A stretch of DNA of 64,000 nucleotides from an uncultured delta proteobacterium (GCA_963716725.1 CAVQUB010000015.1:64001-128000), one strand, 5' to 3'. Positions 28,159-40,244 are shown, counted from the first letter of the stretch. Notes: a model not told the origin generated them from the sequence alone. Translations and numbers: made by a program.

Positions 28159-29469
28159 ATGCGCTTCGTCGTGCTCGCTGCTCTGGTCGTCGGCCTCTTC
28201 ATCGCGTGCTCGGCCAACAGCGGCGGCGACTCGAGTCCGGGCGGCGGCGGCGGCGCGGGGGTTGGCGGCAGCGGCGGCAGCGGCGGCAGCGGCGGCAGCG
28301 GGATCAACCTGGACTCGAGCTTCGACGGTGACGAACCGCCGCCGGCGGTCGCGACGCTGATCGGAACCGTGCTGGCTCCCGAGGGCACGATCCCGATTTC
28401 GGGCGCGCTCGTGTACCTGACCAAGAGCGCGCCCAAGCCGATCCCCGCCGGCCTGTACTGCGACAAGTGCGTCAAGCTCGACTACGGCACGCCGCACACC
28501 TTCACGGCTGCCGACGGTGGATTCCATCTGGGCGTGCCCGCCACGGGCAGCTACCAGCTCGTCGTGCAGAAGGGTCAGTTCCAGCGCGTGCGCCCGATCG
28601 AGGTGACGGCTGGCAACGTCTCGGTGCCGCTCTCGTCCACCCTCTTGCCTGCCAAGACCGACGGTGCGCAGGGCGACACCATCCCAAAAATGGCCATTGT
28701 CCAGGGAACCTGGGACGCGATCGACATCTCGTTGGCTCGGCTCGGACTCGGCAGCATCGGTCCGACCGGCCCCTTTGGCATGTTGCAGGTCGACCGAGCC
28801 ACCGCCCCCTACGACTACTACGACGGAGGGCCCGGTTCGAAGGGTGGGCACGACTCGATCTTGAAGAACTGGTCCACGCTCTCGCAGTATCACATCGTGT
28901 TTTTGCCCTGCTCTTGGAGCGACGCGACGGTATGCGACACGAACTCGCCGGCCCTCGACCCGACGGTGCAGAAGAACCTCAGGGACTTCGTCGCGCAGGG
29001 CGGCAAGCTCTACACCACGGACTACTCCTACGAGTTCGTGCGGCAGGTCTTTCCGGGCTACGTGGACTGGAAGGATCAATCATCCGCGCTCGGCTCGGCC
29101 TGCCTCTCGGGATCCTGGGACGCGCCGGCCAGCTCGCCAGATCCGGGCCTCACGGCCTGGCTGGCGACGCAGGGCATCACGGCCTTCGAGGTGAAAGAGA
29201 ACTGGACCGCGATTTCCGGGGTGAAGGCCGGGAACACCACCGATCCCGACGGCAAGCCGATCCAGGTGACGCCGAAGGTCTGGGTCGACGCCAACACCCA
29301 ATGGGGAAAGCTGCCGGCCACCATCAGCTTCGAGCAAGCCTGCGGGCGCGTGCTCTTCAGCAGCTACCACACCGAGGGTTCGTCCTCGACGATGCTGCCG
29401 CAGGAGCGCGCGCTGCTCTACATCTTGCTCGAGGTCGCCGTGTGCGTCGCTCCGGCCCAGGTGAACTAG
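28159..29469 (+). CDS. Lipoprotein with carboxypeptidase-regulatory-like domain and C-terminal alpha/beta (GATase-like) domain
   Basis: Lipobox FIAC. GTVLAPEGTIPISGALVY, CDKC, YQLVVQKGQF, YHIVFLPC, LRDFVAQGGKLY, GRVLFSSYH. Confidence 0.7.
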   Translation: MRFVVLAALVVGLFIACSANSGGDSSPGGGGGAGVGGSGGSGGSGGSGINLDSSFDGDEPPPAVATLIGTVLAPEGTIPISGALVYLTKSAPKPIPAGLYCDKCVKLDYGTPHTFTAADGGFHLGVPATGSYQLVVQKGQFQRVRPIEVTAGNVSVPLSSTLLPAKTDGAQGDTIPKMAIVQGTWDAIDISLARLGLGSIGPTGPFGMLQVDRATAPYDYYDGGPGSKGGHDSILKNWSTLSQYHIVFLPCSWSDATVCDTNSPALDPTVQKNLRDFVAQGGKLYTTDYSYEFVRQVFPGYVDWKDQSSALGSACLSGSWDAPASSPDPGLTAWLATQGITAFEVKENWTAISGVKAGNTTDPDGKPIQVTPKVWVDANTQWGKLPATISFEQACGRVLFSSYHTEGSSSTMLPQERALLYILLEVAVCVAPAQVN

Positions 29470-29509
29470 CGTGCGCCGACCGCTTTCAGCCTGCTAGATT
29501 GCCGCCGGC

Positions 29510-30511
29510 GTGAGCATCAGCGACGACGACAGCCGGGTCCCACTCGTGGGGCTCCGCGATCCGAAGCCCGCGTGGCTGAAGGTCAAGGCGCCGAGCGGCG
29601 AGCGCTACACTTCGCTCAAGCAGACGTTTCGGAGTCTCGAGCTCAACACGGTGTGCGAAGAGGCACGCTGCCCCAACGTCGGCGAGTGTTGGGGCTCCGG
29701 AACCGCGACCGTGATGATCCTCGGCCACACCTGCACCCGGGGATGCCGCTTCTGCGCGGTGACCACGGGCAACCCCCGGGGCGCCGTCGATCCGCGGGAA
29801 CCCGAGCACGTCGGTCGCGCGCTGGCGAGCATTGGTCTGCGCTACGTGGTGCTCACCATGGTCGATCGCGACGATCTGCTGGACGGCGGCGCAGCGCACG
29901 TTGGCGACACCGTTCGCTCGCTTCGTCGGCACCAGCCCGAGCTCCTGGTCGAGGCGCTGGTCGGAGACTTTGGCGGACGAACCCGCGACATCGATGTCGT
30001 GCTCGCCGCCACGCCCGACGTGTTCGCGCACAACATCGAGGTCGTTCGTCGCTTGACGCCATCGATTCGCGATCAACGCTGCGACTACGACCGTTCGCTC
30101 GAGGTGCTCCGGCATGCGAAGGAGCGCGCTCCCGAGCGATTCGTGAAGAGCTCGATCATGGTCGGCATCGGCGAGGGCGACGACGAGGTGGAGCGAACCC
30201 TGACAGACCTGCGTGCCGCCGGCGTCGACGTGGTCACGCTCGGCCAGTACCTCCGCCCGACGCCGAAACACGCGCCGGTCCACCGCTACGTGGAGCCGAG
30301 GCGTTTCGAGGCGTGGGCCGAGCTGGGACGAGAGCTGGGTTTCGCGCACGTGGCCTCGGGGCCTCTGGTGCGTTCGAGCTACCACGCCGCCGAGGCCTTC
30401 ATTTCGGCCCTAGTTCGGCCCTCCGCTCCCGCTCCGCAGGCGTCTTCGGGCGCCTCACCCGCGGGGTTCGTGCCGGCCGGGCGCCTCAGGCGTCGGACCG
30501 CTGACGGCTGA
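29510..30511 (+). CDS. lipA: Lipoyl synthase
   Basis: KPAWLK, TVCEEARCPNVGEC, CTRGCRFC, GQYLRP, SGPLVRSSY. Confidence 0.97.
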   Translation: MSISDDDSRVPLVGLRDPKPAWLKVKAPSGERYTSLKQTFRSLELNTVCEEARCPNVGECWGSGTATVMILGHTCTRGCRFCAVTTGNPRGAVDPREPEHVGRALASIGLRYVVLTMVDRDDLLDGGAAHVGDTVRSLRRHQPELLVEALVGDFGGRTRDIDVVLAATPDVFAHNIEVVRRLTPSIRDQRCDYDRSLEVLRHAKERAPERFVKSSIMVGIGEGDDEVERTLTDLRAAGVDVVTLGQYLRPTPKHAPVHRYVEPRRFEAWAELGRELGFAHVASGPLVRSSYHAAEAFISALVRPSAPAPQASSGASPAGFVPAGRLRRRTADG

Positions 30512-30540
30512 GCGGGTTTCGGCTAGGCTCCCGCCCGACA

Positions 30541-31104
30541 ATGACCGACGAAAGCCTGCTCGGACGGGTCGCAATCAAGCTCAGCGAGCCCCCCTCCTAC
30601 GCCGAGGCCGGGCAGAAGGGATCCATCCTCACGGTGGCGGCCGCCTCCTTCGGCAGCAAGCCCACCGAAGACGAGAGCACGCAGCCGACGGGCTTCGACC
30701 CCGAGGCCGCGGCGCTCTTCGAGGCGGTGGTCGAGAGCGCGTACCTGGTCGCAAACTCCGACGGTCACTTCGACGAGACCGAGCGCGCTGCTTTCGAGCA
30801 CGTCGTGGTGACAGCGTGTCAGGGCGCAGTCGTAGACGGTCAGATCCATGCGCTGATCGAGGACCTCGCGGATCTGCTCGGCGAGGACGGTGTCGACAAG
30901 CGCGTCGAGATGGTGGCGAAGAGCATCTCCAGAGCCGATCACCAGCAAGAAGTCCTGCGCGTAGCGGCCTTGCTCGCGCACGTGTCGGGCGGCGTGAGCG
31001 ACGAGGAGCGCGAGTTGCTCTCGAAGCTGCAGCGAGCCTTCGGTCTCGATGAGAGCGCGCTTGCCCGCGCGCTCGCGGAAGCCGAGAGCGCCGTCGCCCC
31101 TTGA
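30541..31104 (+). CDS. TerB-family (tellurite resistance-like) protein
   Basis: AYLVANSDGHFDETE and AHVSGGVSDEERELL motifs. Confidence 0.8.
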   Translation: MTDESLLGRVAIKLSEPPSYAEAGQKGSILTVAAASFGSKPTEDESTQPTGFDPEAAALFEAVVESAYLVANSDGHFDETERAAFEHVVVTACQGAVVDGQIHALIEDLADLLGEDGVDKRVEMVAKSISRADHQQEVLRVAALLAHVSGGVSDEERELLSKLQRAFGLDESALARALAEAESAVAP

Positions 31105-31910
31105 GCTCGGTAGTCCTGCGTCGCTTCTGCGAGCAATGCGCGGCCTATCGAGATCCTCAGGAGACGCGCAGAGTCGGTCCCGAGCGCTCGCCGATGGTCG
31201 TCTGCGGGACCTGCGGTGGCGCGCTCAGGACGGAAGAACAGCGCGTCGCCCAGCCCCTCCCACGTGCGCTCGTCCGAGCGCATCTCTACCCCTTCGCACC
31301 AGCGATCGCCGTGTCGATCGTGGTCACGGGGCTGGTGAGCGCATTCGCGGCCTACGTTCCTCTGATCGGCGCCCTCCTGTCCGCAACCATCGCTATCGGC
31401 TTCGTATTTCTGGTGCTGCGTGCGAGCGCCGAAGGGCGCGACGACCTGGCCATGGACACGGAGGTCGCCGAGAGCGCTGCGGACTGGTTTGCGCCGCTCA
31501 TCCGATACCTGCTGACCTGGCTCGTCTCCTTCGCTGCCGCCGGATTTGCGCTGTTGTTGCTCGGTTGGCCGACAGGTGCGTTGCCGGCGGCGGTGCTCGG
31601 GATCCTGGGACTCGTGTACTTCCCCGCCGGCATCATCGTCGCGGCACACGGCGGTGGCTGTCTCGGGCCGCTGAACCCAGTGCCGGGCGTGCAACTCATC
31701 GCCCGCATTCCGGGGGCCTACTTCATGACCCTCGCGTTTCTCGTGCTCACGCTCGCACTGGGGTACGGCGTGGTGGCGGTGGCGCAGCGACTGTTCGGCG
31801 GCATCCCGTTCTTGGGACCGGCGCTGGTGCGCGTGCTCGGGCTCGTCGCGCCGGTGATCATGGCTCGCCAACTCGGCATCCTGGTGCACGAACATCGCGA
31901 GCTGCTCTGA
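31101..31910 (+). CDS. Membrane protein with N-terminal Zn-ribbon
   Basis: CEQC...CGTCG followed by about 6 TM helices. Start overlaps the terB stop. Confidence 0.7.
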   Translation: MSSVVLRRFCEQCAAYRDPQETRRVGPERSPMVVCGTCGGALRTEEQRVAQPLPRALVRAHLYPFAPAIAVSIVVTGLVSAFAAYVPLIGALLSATIAIGFVFLVLRASAEGRDDLAMDTEVAESAADWFAPLIRYLLTWLVSFAAAGFALLLLGWPTGALPAAVLGILGLVYFPAGIIVAAHGGGCLGPLNPVPGVQLIARIPGAYFMTLAFLVLTLALGYGVVAVAQRLFGGIPFLGPALVRVLGLVAPVIMARQLGILVHEHRELL

Positions 31911-32067
31911 GGTGACGCGACGCGTTGGCCATTTGTCCAAGAATTCCCCCGGACCCGGCGCACCCCGAAGCGGGCTTGGGCCAATCGGCTCCATGGACTA
32001 GGCTCGCGCCGCCCTGATTCTGCTCCGCCCGCGCTCGCGCGGCGGATCCCCAATCGTGAGAGGTTCG

Positions 32068-33207
32068 ATGACGTCAGCAGCACACGAGAGCATCTACAGA
32101 GCGGCGGAAAGCGACGGCGACGGCGACGTCGTGCGCGTCCTCGGCCCCGATGGGAGCTTGGACGCGGAAAACGACCCGAGGCTCAGCGCCGAAGAGGTCG
32201 TGCATCTGTACCGACACATGCTCCTGACGCGCCTGATCGACGAGCGCCTGGTGATGCTGCAGCGTCAGGGACGCATCGGCTTCCACATCGGCTCATTGGG
32301 CGAAGAAGCCTCGATCATTGGCTCGGCTTACGCGGTCCGAACGCAGGACTGGCTCTTCCCCTGCTATCGCGAGTTCGGCGCGGCGTTGCTGCGCGGCATG
32401 CCGCTCCAGGGCTACTTCGACAACATGTTCGGCAACGCCAACGATCCGGCGAAGGGTCGCCAGATGCCGGATCACTACACCTGCAGGGCGGCTCAGTTCG
32501 GCAGCGTGAGTTCGCCGATCGGCACCCAGATCACGCAGGCGGTGGGTTTTGCGTGGGCCGCCAAGATCCAGAAGAAAGACCTGGTGGCGCTCACTTACTT
32601 CGGCGAGGGCGCGACCAGCTCGAACGAGTTCCACAACGGTCTGAACTTCGCCGGTGTCTTCAAGACGCCCACCGTGTTCCTGTGCCGCAACAACGGCTGG
32701 GCCATCAGCGTGCCTGCCGAGCGCCAGACGGCGAGCCGTACCTTCGCCGAGAAGGGCGTCGCCTACGGGGTGCCCGCCGTGCGGGTGGACGGCAACGATA
32801 TCTTCGCGATGATCGCGGTGACTCGCGACGCGGTTCGGCGGGCGGCCGCCGGCGAGGGACCCACGCTGATCGAAGCCATCACCTATCGAATGGGAGGCCA
32901 CTCGACCAGCGACGACCCCACGCGCTACCGCGACCAGAGCGTGCTCAGCCCCTGGACCAGCCGCGACCCGCTGGCCCGCCTCCGAGGCTACTTGGACAAG
33001 CAGGGCTGGTTTTCCGATGAGGAAGAGCAGAAGGCCAAGGTCGAAATCGATGCGCGCCTGAAGCAGGCCGTCGAGACCGCGGAGAGCACCCCGCCCCCGA
33101 CGCTCGAGTCGATGTTCGACGACGTGTTCGAAGAGTTGCCCTGGCACCTCCGTGAGCAACGAGACGAGTTGCTCCAAGGCCCCCGCGCCCCTGCGGCACA
33201 TCACTGA
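32068..33207 (+). CDS. 2-oxoacid dehydrogenase E1 alpha (probably branched-chain type)
   Basis: LQRQGRIGF, KGRQMPDH, YFGEGATS...CRNNGWAIS (ThDP motif), YRMGGHSTSDDP. Confidence 0.93.
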   Translation: MTSAAHESIYRAAESDGDGDVVRVLGPDGSLDAENDPRLSAEEVVHLYRHMLLTRLIDERLVMLQRQGRIGFHIGSLGEEASIIGSAYAVRTQDWLFPCYREFGAALLRGMPLQGYFDNMFGNANDPAKGRQMPDHYTCRAAQFGSVSSPIGTQITQAVGFAWAAKIQKKDLVALTYFGEGATSSNEFHNGLNFAGVFKTPTVFLCRNNGWAISVPAERQTASRTFAEKGVAYGVPAVRVDGNDIFAMIAVTRDAVRRAAAGEGPTLIEAITYRMGGHSTSDDPTRYRDQSVLSPWTSRDPLARLRGYLDKQGWFSDEEEQKAKVEIDARLKQAVETAESTPPPTLESMFDDVFEELPWHLREQRDELLQGPRAPAAHH

Positions 33208-33276
33208 ATCACGCCGGCGCGGGCTCGCCTGCGCCGGTCAGCGCTCACCCAGATCCGGTCGAGGAATAGAATCGTC

Positions 33277-34253
33277 ATGACTCAGATGAACATGGTGCAG
33301 GCCATCAACGACGCGCTTCGCCTCGAGATGCGCAAAGACGAGCGCGTGGTGGTCCTGGGCGAGGACGTCGGCAAGGTCGGCGGCGTGTTCCGCGTCACCA
33401 GCGGGCTCTACGACGAGTTCGGTGACGCGCGCGTCGTCGACACGCCGCTCTCCGAGGGCGGCATCATCGGCGCTGCCGTCGGCATGGCGCTGTACGGCCT
33501 GATCCCGGTGCCCGAGATCCAGTTCTCGGACTTCATCTGGCCCGCCTACGACCAGATCGTGAGCGAGGTTGCGAAGCTCCGTTACCGCTCCGGCGGCGAG
33601 TACCCCTCGAAGATGGTGATCCGGACGCCGGTGGGCGGCGGCATCCGTGGCGGGCACTACCACTCGCAGCACCCGAGGCGCAGTTCATCCACGTCGCGGG
33701 GCTCAAGGTCGTCTGTCCCTCGAACCCCTACGACGCCAAGGGCCTGCTCCTGGCGTCTATCGCCGACCCGGATCCGGTGCTGTTCTTCGAGCCCAAGCGC
33801 ATCTACCGCGCGGCGAAGGGCGACGTGCCCGAGGGCGAGTACACCGTGCCGCTCGAGAGCGCTGCGGTCGTGCGCGAGGGAACTCACGTCACCCTCTTCG
33901 CCTATGGCGCCATGCTCTACGAGGCGCTCGACGCTGCGCAGAAGGCCGCCGAGCAGGGCGTCGAGACCGAGGTCGTCGATCTGCGCACGCTCTGGCCGGT
34001 GGACATCGAGACCATCATCGGCAGCGTGAAGAAGACCGGGCGCCTGATCATCGTTCACGAGGCGCCCAAGACCTGCGGCTTCGGATCGGAGCTCGTGAGC
34101 CTGGTCTGCGAGAAGGCCTTCTACCACCTCGAGGCGCCGCCGGTTCGGGTGACCGGCTACGACACTCCCTTCCCCTACACGCTCGAGATGGAATACCTGC
34201 CGCTCTCGCACCGTATCCTGCCTGCCATCCTCGACACGGCCCGCGCCGTCTGA
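33277..34253 (+). CDS. 2-oxoacid dehydrogenase E1 beta (one -1 frameshift near 33670)
   Basis: [56 protein letters not shown]. Confidence 0.92.
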
Positions 34254-34269
34254 AATTCGGAGCCGACCC

Positions 34270-35658
34270 ATGAGCAATTTCGAGTTCAAGCTGCCGGACA
34301 TCGGCGAAGGCGTGACCGAGGGCGAGATCGTCAGTTGGCTGATCAAGGAGGGCGACATCGTCCGCGAAGATCAGGAGATGGTCGAGGTGATGACCGACAA
34401 GGCGACGGTCACCATCGGCGCGCCGAAGGCGGGCACCGTCCTCCGGCTCGGCGGCAAGGTCGGCGAGATCGTTCCGGTGGGGCAGGTCCTGGTGGTGCTG
34501 GCGGTCGGGGGAGCGGCCGCGCCGGCGGTGGCGCCGCACGCTGCGCAGGCCGCGCCGACGTCCCCGAGCCAGGACGGTCCCGCTGCCACGGCGGTGGGCG
34601 ACATCCGGGAGGTGCTCCCGGGCATGGGCGCGCTGGCCGCCAAGAAGCCGGCTCCGGTCATCGCGCCCAGCGGCAGCGGCGGTGGCTACTTCCACGACAA
34701 GCCGCTGGCCGCGCCTGCCACTCGCAAGCTCGCACGGGAGATGGGCGTGGACCTCCGTCACGTTCCGCCGACCGGGTCAGCGAGCCGCGTCACCCGGGAC
34801 GACGTCGAGAGCTTCGCGGTCCGCGGCAAGGTCTCCGCGCCCATCATTCATATGCCTGCCTCGGACGTCTCGGTGCACCACGCCGTCACGGTCGTTCCGC
34901 AGGCGCCGCCCGCCTCGGCAAAGCGGCCCGAGATTGCCGCGCCGCAGCGCGTGGTCGGCGACCAACGGGTGCCGCTGCGCGGTATGCGCAAGCGCATCTA
35001 CGAGAACATGGCTCGCAGCAAGCACACTGCGGCCCACTTCACCTACGTGGACGAGTGCGACGTTGGGGCGCTCAAGGCGTTGCGCGATCGCACGCGTAGC
35101 TTTGCCGAACGCGACGGAGTCAAGCTCACCTTCTTGCCCTTCATCGTCAAGGCGGTGGTCGCGGCGCTCAAGCGACATCCGGCGCTCAACTGTCTGGTCG
35201 ACGACGCCGCGGGTGAGATCATCCTCAAGGGCAGCTACGACATCGGAGTCGCCGCGGCGACCGAGGCCGGACTCATCGTTCCGGTGGTGCGCGGTGCCGA
35301 TCGACTGAGCATCTTGGAGATCGCAGCAGAGCTCGATCGGCTCGCGCAGGACGCGCGCGTGGGCAAGAGCCGGATGGAAGACCTCGGCGGGTCTTCGTTC
35401 ACCATCACCTCGCTGGGCAAAATGGGCGGGCTGTTCGCCACGCCCATCGTGAACTACCCCGAGGTGGCCATCGTGGGCATTCACGAGATGAAGCGACGGC
35501 CCGTCGTCAAGGGTGACCAGATCGTAATCGGCGACGTGATGCTGCTCAGCCTGAGCTTCGACCATCGCATCATCGACGGCCATGTCGGTGCGGCCTTCGC
35601 CCAGGAGCTCATCGGGCTGCTCGAGGAGCCGGACCGCTTGCTGGTCAGCATGGCGTGA
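34270..35658 (+). CDS. 2-oxoacid dehydrogenase E2 (dihydrolipoamide acyltransferase)
   Basis: Lipoyl domain EVMTDKA, E3-binding AAPATRKLARE, catalytic SFDHRIIDG. Confidence 0.95.
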   Translation: MSNFEFKLPDIGEGVTEGEIVSWLIKEGDIVREDQEMVEVMTDKATVTIGAPKAGTVLRLGGKVGEIVPVGQVLVVLAVGGAAAPAVAPHAAQAAPTSPSQDGPAATAVGDIREVLPGMGALAAKKPAPVIAPSGSGGGYFHDKPLAAPATRKLAREMGVDLRHVPPTGSASRVTRDDVESFAVRGKVSAPIIHMPASDVSVHHAVTVVPQAPPASAKRPEIAAPQRVVGDQRVPLRGMRKRIYENMARSKHTAAHFTYVDECDVGALKALRDRTRSFAERDGVKLTFLPFIVKAVVAALKRHPALNCLVDDAAGEIILKGSYDIGVAAATEAGLIVPVVRGADRLSILEIAAELDRLAQDARVGKSRMEDLGGSSFTITSLGKMGGLFATPIVNYPEVAIVGIHEMKRRPVVKGDQIVIGDVMLLSLSFDHRIIDGHVGAAFAQELIGLLEEPDRLLVSMA

Positions 35659-35741
35659 CTCGCACCCTGTGGGTGCGGGTGTGCGGCCGCCCACAGGTCG
35701 CCGCTGCGGGTGATTGAGTGTAGGCTTGGCGCTTGATTCGC

Positions 35742-36755
35742 ATGAGGGGACTCGTCGACTCAAGAGCACGCCTTGGCCAGATGGCCATGGCCGTGCTGTT
35801 GCTGTCGAGTCCCGTCGCCCGCGCTGCGCCGACCGCGGACGACGTCAAGGCCGCCGCAGTGGCCTTCGATCTCGGCAAGGCGGCCTACAAGAAGCAGAAC
35901 TGGGTCGAGGCCGCCGAACAATTCGAAGCTGCGGACTCCCGCGCGCCCAGCGCGGCGGCGCTCGAACTGGCGTTGCGCTCCCGGGACAAGGCCGGACAGA
36001 TCGATCGCGCGGCAATCTTGGCCGAGTTGGGGCTCGAACGTCACTCGGGCGAGCCTGCGCTGAAGAAGCTCGCGACGTCGGTGATCGCGCGGGCAAAGAG
36101 GGAACTCTACACCCTGCACGTGAGCTGTCGGCCCGCGTGTGATCTCGTGCTCGGGACCATCCTGGTTCATGGCGAGGCGTCGACCGCGCGCACGGTCTAC
36201 CTCGTGCCGGGCGAGGTACGGGTCAGCGCGAGCTGGTCGGGACGACGCGCCCGCGCGGCGCCCATCCAAGCGGTCGCTGGAGGCAGCAGCCAGAGCGCCT
36301 TCACGCCGCCGGAGCCGGCGCCGGAGCCGAGGGACGAGCAGCAGAAGTCCGAGGGGCCCGCGCCCACACCGGCGGTGGTGAAGGTCACGCCGGCGCGCGA
36401 CCCCGGCGCCGACGCGGGCGGCGGGCTGCCTCCGGTGTTGTTCTTCGTCGGTGCGGGACTCACCGCCGTCGCCGCGGGCGTGACGGTCTGGAGCGGCATC
36501 GACACACAGAACAACCCTGGCGCCGACACGGTGCGAACGGAGTGTACCGGGCAGGGCACCAGCTGTCCGGCGTATCAGGACGGCCTCGATCGGCAGCGGC
36601 GCACCAACATCTTGCTGGGAGTGACCGCGGGGCTCGCGGTGACGACCGGCGTGATCGGTGCGCTGCTGACGGACTGGTCTGGAAAGCCGGCGCAGAGCGC
36701 CCGGCTCGAGCCCTGGTTGGGCGTCGGCTCGGTTGGCGCTCGGGGGAGGTTCTAG
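35742..36755 (+). CDS. Exported TPR/PEGA-like protein with C-terminal TM segments
   Basis: Signal peptide, AFDLGKAAYKKQNWVEAAEQFEAA, Pro-rich linker, two TMs flanking a Cys pair. Start uncertain. Confidence 0.7.
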   Translation: MRGLVDSRARLGQMAMAVLLLSSPVARAAPTADDVKAAAVAFDLGKAAYKKQNWVEAAEQFEAADSRAPSAAALELALRSRDKAGQIDRAAILAELGLERHSGEPALKKLATSVIARAKRELYTLHVSCRPACDLVLGTILVHGEASTARTVYLVPGEVRVSASWSGRRARAAPIQAVAGGSSQSAFTPPEPAPEPRDEQQKSEGPAPTPAVVKVTPARDPGADAGGGLPPVLFFVGAGLTAVAAGVTVWSGIDTQNNPGADTVRTECTGQGTSCPAYQDGLDRQRRTNILLGVTAGLAVTTGVIGALLTDWSGKPAQSARLEPWLGVGSVGARGRF

Positions 36756-36759
36756 CGTC

Positions 36760-38223
<1,464 letters not shown>

Positions 38224-38227
38224 CCCG

Positions 38228-38428
38228 TCAGGGGTGCTCCTTGGCCCACGAGTAGGCGGTGTACGCGGCGGCGAGGTGACAGACCCAGCCCACCAGGCCG
38301 CCGGTCCCGATCCAGAGCCCCGGCGTGACGATCAACCAAAACAGGCCGCGCAGGAACTTGCCGTTGTAGAACTGCCCGACCCCCGGGATCACGAACGACA
38401 GCACGGCGGCGATGCCCGGTTTGCTCAT
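38228..38428 (-). CDS. Small membrane protein (TM2-like)
   Basis: MSKPGIAAVLSFVIPGVGQFYNGK..., 66 aa. Confidence 0.75.
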   Translation of the reverse strand: MSKPGIAAVLSFVIPGVGQFYNGKFLRGLFWLIVTPGLWIGTGGLVGWVCHLAAAYTAYSWAKEHP

Positions 38429-38496
38429 TTGGCCCAAGATGGGAGTGGCGCCCGAGGTGTCAACCAGCGCGGCATTCCGGGCCACCGGTCTCCGCG

Positions 38497-38525
38497 TTGA
38501 CACCCGGGGGGTTGGCTGCTAGTTC
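38497..38525 (+). promoter_or_regulatory. Candidate sigma70-type promoter of the prs-rplY operon
   Basis: TTGACA (38497-38502), 17-nt spacer ending TGc, then TAGTTC (imperfect -10). Confidence 0.45.
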
Positions 38526-38594
38526 TCGCCACCCGTTTCTCCCCGGACCAGGGTTTGTTCGTCCTTTCGCGGGGTTAGCGGGCGGGTACGAGCC

Positions 38595-39542
38595 GTGGCC
38601 GTCAAGCGAATTTGTCTGTTCACCGGGAACGCGAATCCCGAGCTGGCGCAAGAGATCTCTCGGGTCTTGGGCTCGCCCATGGGTGAAGCTCGCGTCTCGC
38701 GCTTCAGCGACGGCGAGACCTTCTGCGAGATCCGCGAGAACGTCCGCGGGCTCGACACCTACGTCGTCCAGCCCACGAGCTCGCCGGTCAACGACAACGT
38801 GATGGAGTTGCTCATTCTCTGCGACGCGCTTCGACGCGCCTCAGCGGCATCCATCACCGCGGTCATCCCTTACTACGGCTACGCCCGGCAAGACCGCAAG
38901 GTCGCGCCGCGCACGCCGATCACGAGCAAACTCGTCGCCGACGTGCTGGTGACCGCAGGCGTCAACCGCGTCGTCTGCGTCGACCTGCACGCCGGTCAGA
39001 TCCAGGGTTTCTTCAACATCCCCTCCGATCATTTGTACGCATTGCCGGTGTTTCTCGACGACTACCTGAAGCACCGCTTCGACGAAAACGCCGTGGTCAT
39101 CTCGCCGGACGCCGGCGGCGTCGAGCGTGCGCGGGCCTACAGCAAACGCCTTGGCGCGTCGCTGGCCATCGTCGACAAGCGTCGCGAGCACGCCAACGTC
39201 AGCGAGGTCATGAACATCATCGGTGACGTCGAGGGTCTCGACTGCATCATCATCGACGACATCATCGATACCGCAGGCACGTTGTGCAACGCCGCTCGCG
39301 CGCTCATGGACCACGGCGCCAAGAGCGTTGTCGCCTGCGCTACCCACGGCGTGCTCAGCGGCCCGGCCATTCAGCGCATCCAGGAGTCGGCCCTCAAAGA
39401 GGTGGTCGTGACCAACTCCATCGCGCCCTCGGAAGAGGCGCGCGCCTGCAGCAAGATCAAGGTGCTCAGCATCGGGCGCCTGCTCGGCGAAGCGATTCGC
39501 CGCATCCACAACAGTGATTCCGTGAGCTCGCTCTTCGTCTGA
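38595..39542 (+). CDS. prs: Ribose-phosphate pyrophosphokinase
   Basis: [42 protein letters not shown]. Confidence 0.98.
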   Translation: MAVKRICLFTGNANPELAQEISRVLGSPMGEARVSRFSDGETFCEIRENVRGLDTYVVQPTSSPVNDNVMELLILCDALRRASAASITAVIPYYGYARQDRKVAPRTPITSKLVADVLVTAGVNRVVCVDLHAGQIQGFFNIPSDHLYALPVFLDDYLKHRFDENAVVISPDAGGVERARAYSKRLGASLAIVDKRREHANVSEVMNIIGDVEGLDCIIIDDIIDTAGTLCNAARALMDHGAKSVVACATHGVLSGPAIQRIQESALKEVVVTNSIAPSEEARACSKIKVLSIGRLLGEAIRRIHNSDSVSSLFV

Positions 39543-39569
39543 GCTCGCCGAGGTTCGAAGGAAATCGTC

Positions 39570-40244
39570 ATGCAGCTCGCCAAAGTCACCGCATCTCACC
39601 GCCAGATCTCCGGAAAGAACGTCTCGCGTCGCATGCGCGCCGCGGGCTCCATCCCCGCCGTTGCCTATGGCAAGGGCGAACCCGCCCTGAACATCGCGGT
39701 GTCGCCCAAGGACTTGATCGGGGTGCTCGCCCAGCCGCTGGGACGCAACTCGCCCATCGAACTCGACGTGGACGGCAAAGAGAAGCTGACCGTGCTTCTG
39801 GCCGACTACCAGTACCACCCCGTGTCTCGCGCCCTCTTGCACGCGGACTTCCTGAAGATCGCCCTCGACGCCGCCGTCGACGTCGAGGTGCCCTTCGAAC
39901 TCACCGGCAAGGCCAAGGGCGTGGTGGCCGGTGGCGAGCAGCGCCAGGTCTTCCGCAAGCTCCCGGTGCGTTGTCTGCCCAAGGACATCCCCGTCAAGCT
40001 GGTCCACGACATCACCGAGCTCGAACTCGACGAGTCGTTGCCGGTCAGCGCGCTCGCGCTGCCGGAAGGCGTCAGCATCCGCCTACCCGCGGAGCAGACC
40101 ATCGCCGCCGTCGTGACCATGAAGAAGATCGTCGAAGAAGAAACGGCTGCGACTCCGGCGGCAGGAGCTGGCGCGGCGGCCGGTGCCACCCCGGCAGCCG
40201 GCGCTGCGCCGGCCAAGGCCGAAGGCAAGTCCGAGAAGAAGTGA
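39570..40244 (+). CDS. rplY: 50S ribosomal protein L25/Ctc
   Basis: IPAVAYG, QYHPV, HADF, C-terminal Ctc domain. Lies between prs and pth. Confidence 0.95.
   Translation: MQLAKVTASHRQISGKNVSRRMRAAGSIPAVAYGKGEPALNIAVSPKDLIGVLAQPLGRNSPIELDVDGKEKLTVLLADYQYHPVSRALLHADFLKIALDAAVDVEVPFELTGKAKGVVAGGEQRQVFRKLPVRCLPKDIPVKLVHDITELELDESLPVSALALPEGVSIRLPAEQTIAAVVTMKKIVEEETAATPAAGAGAAAGATPAAGAAPAKAEGKSEKK

Noticed and set aside
35659..35702. Overlapping hairpins after E2 as an intrinsic terminator or ncRNA
   Set aside because: Stems exist (cgcaccc/gggtgcg and cctgtggg/cccacagg) but there is no U-tract, and such stems arise easily at this GC content.
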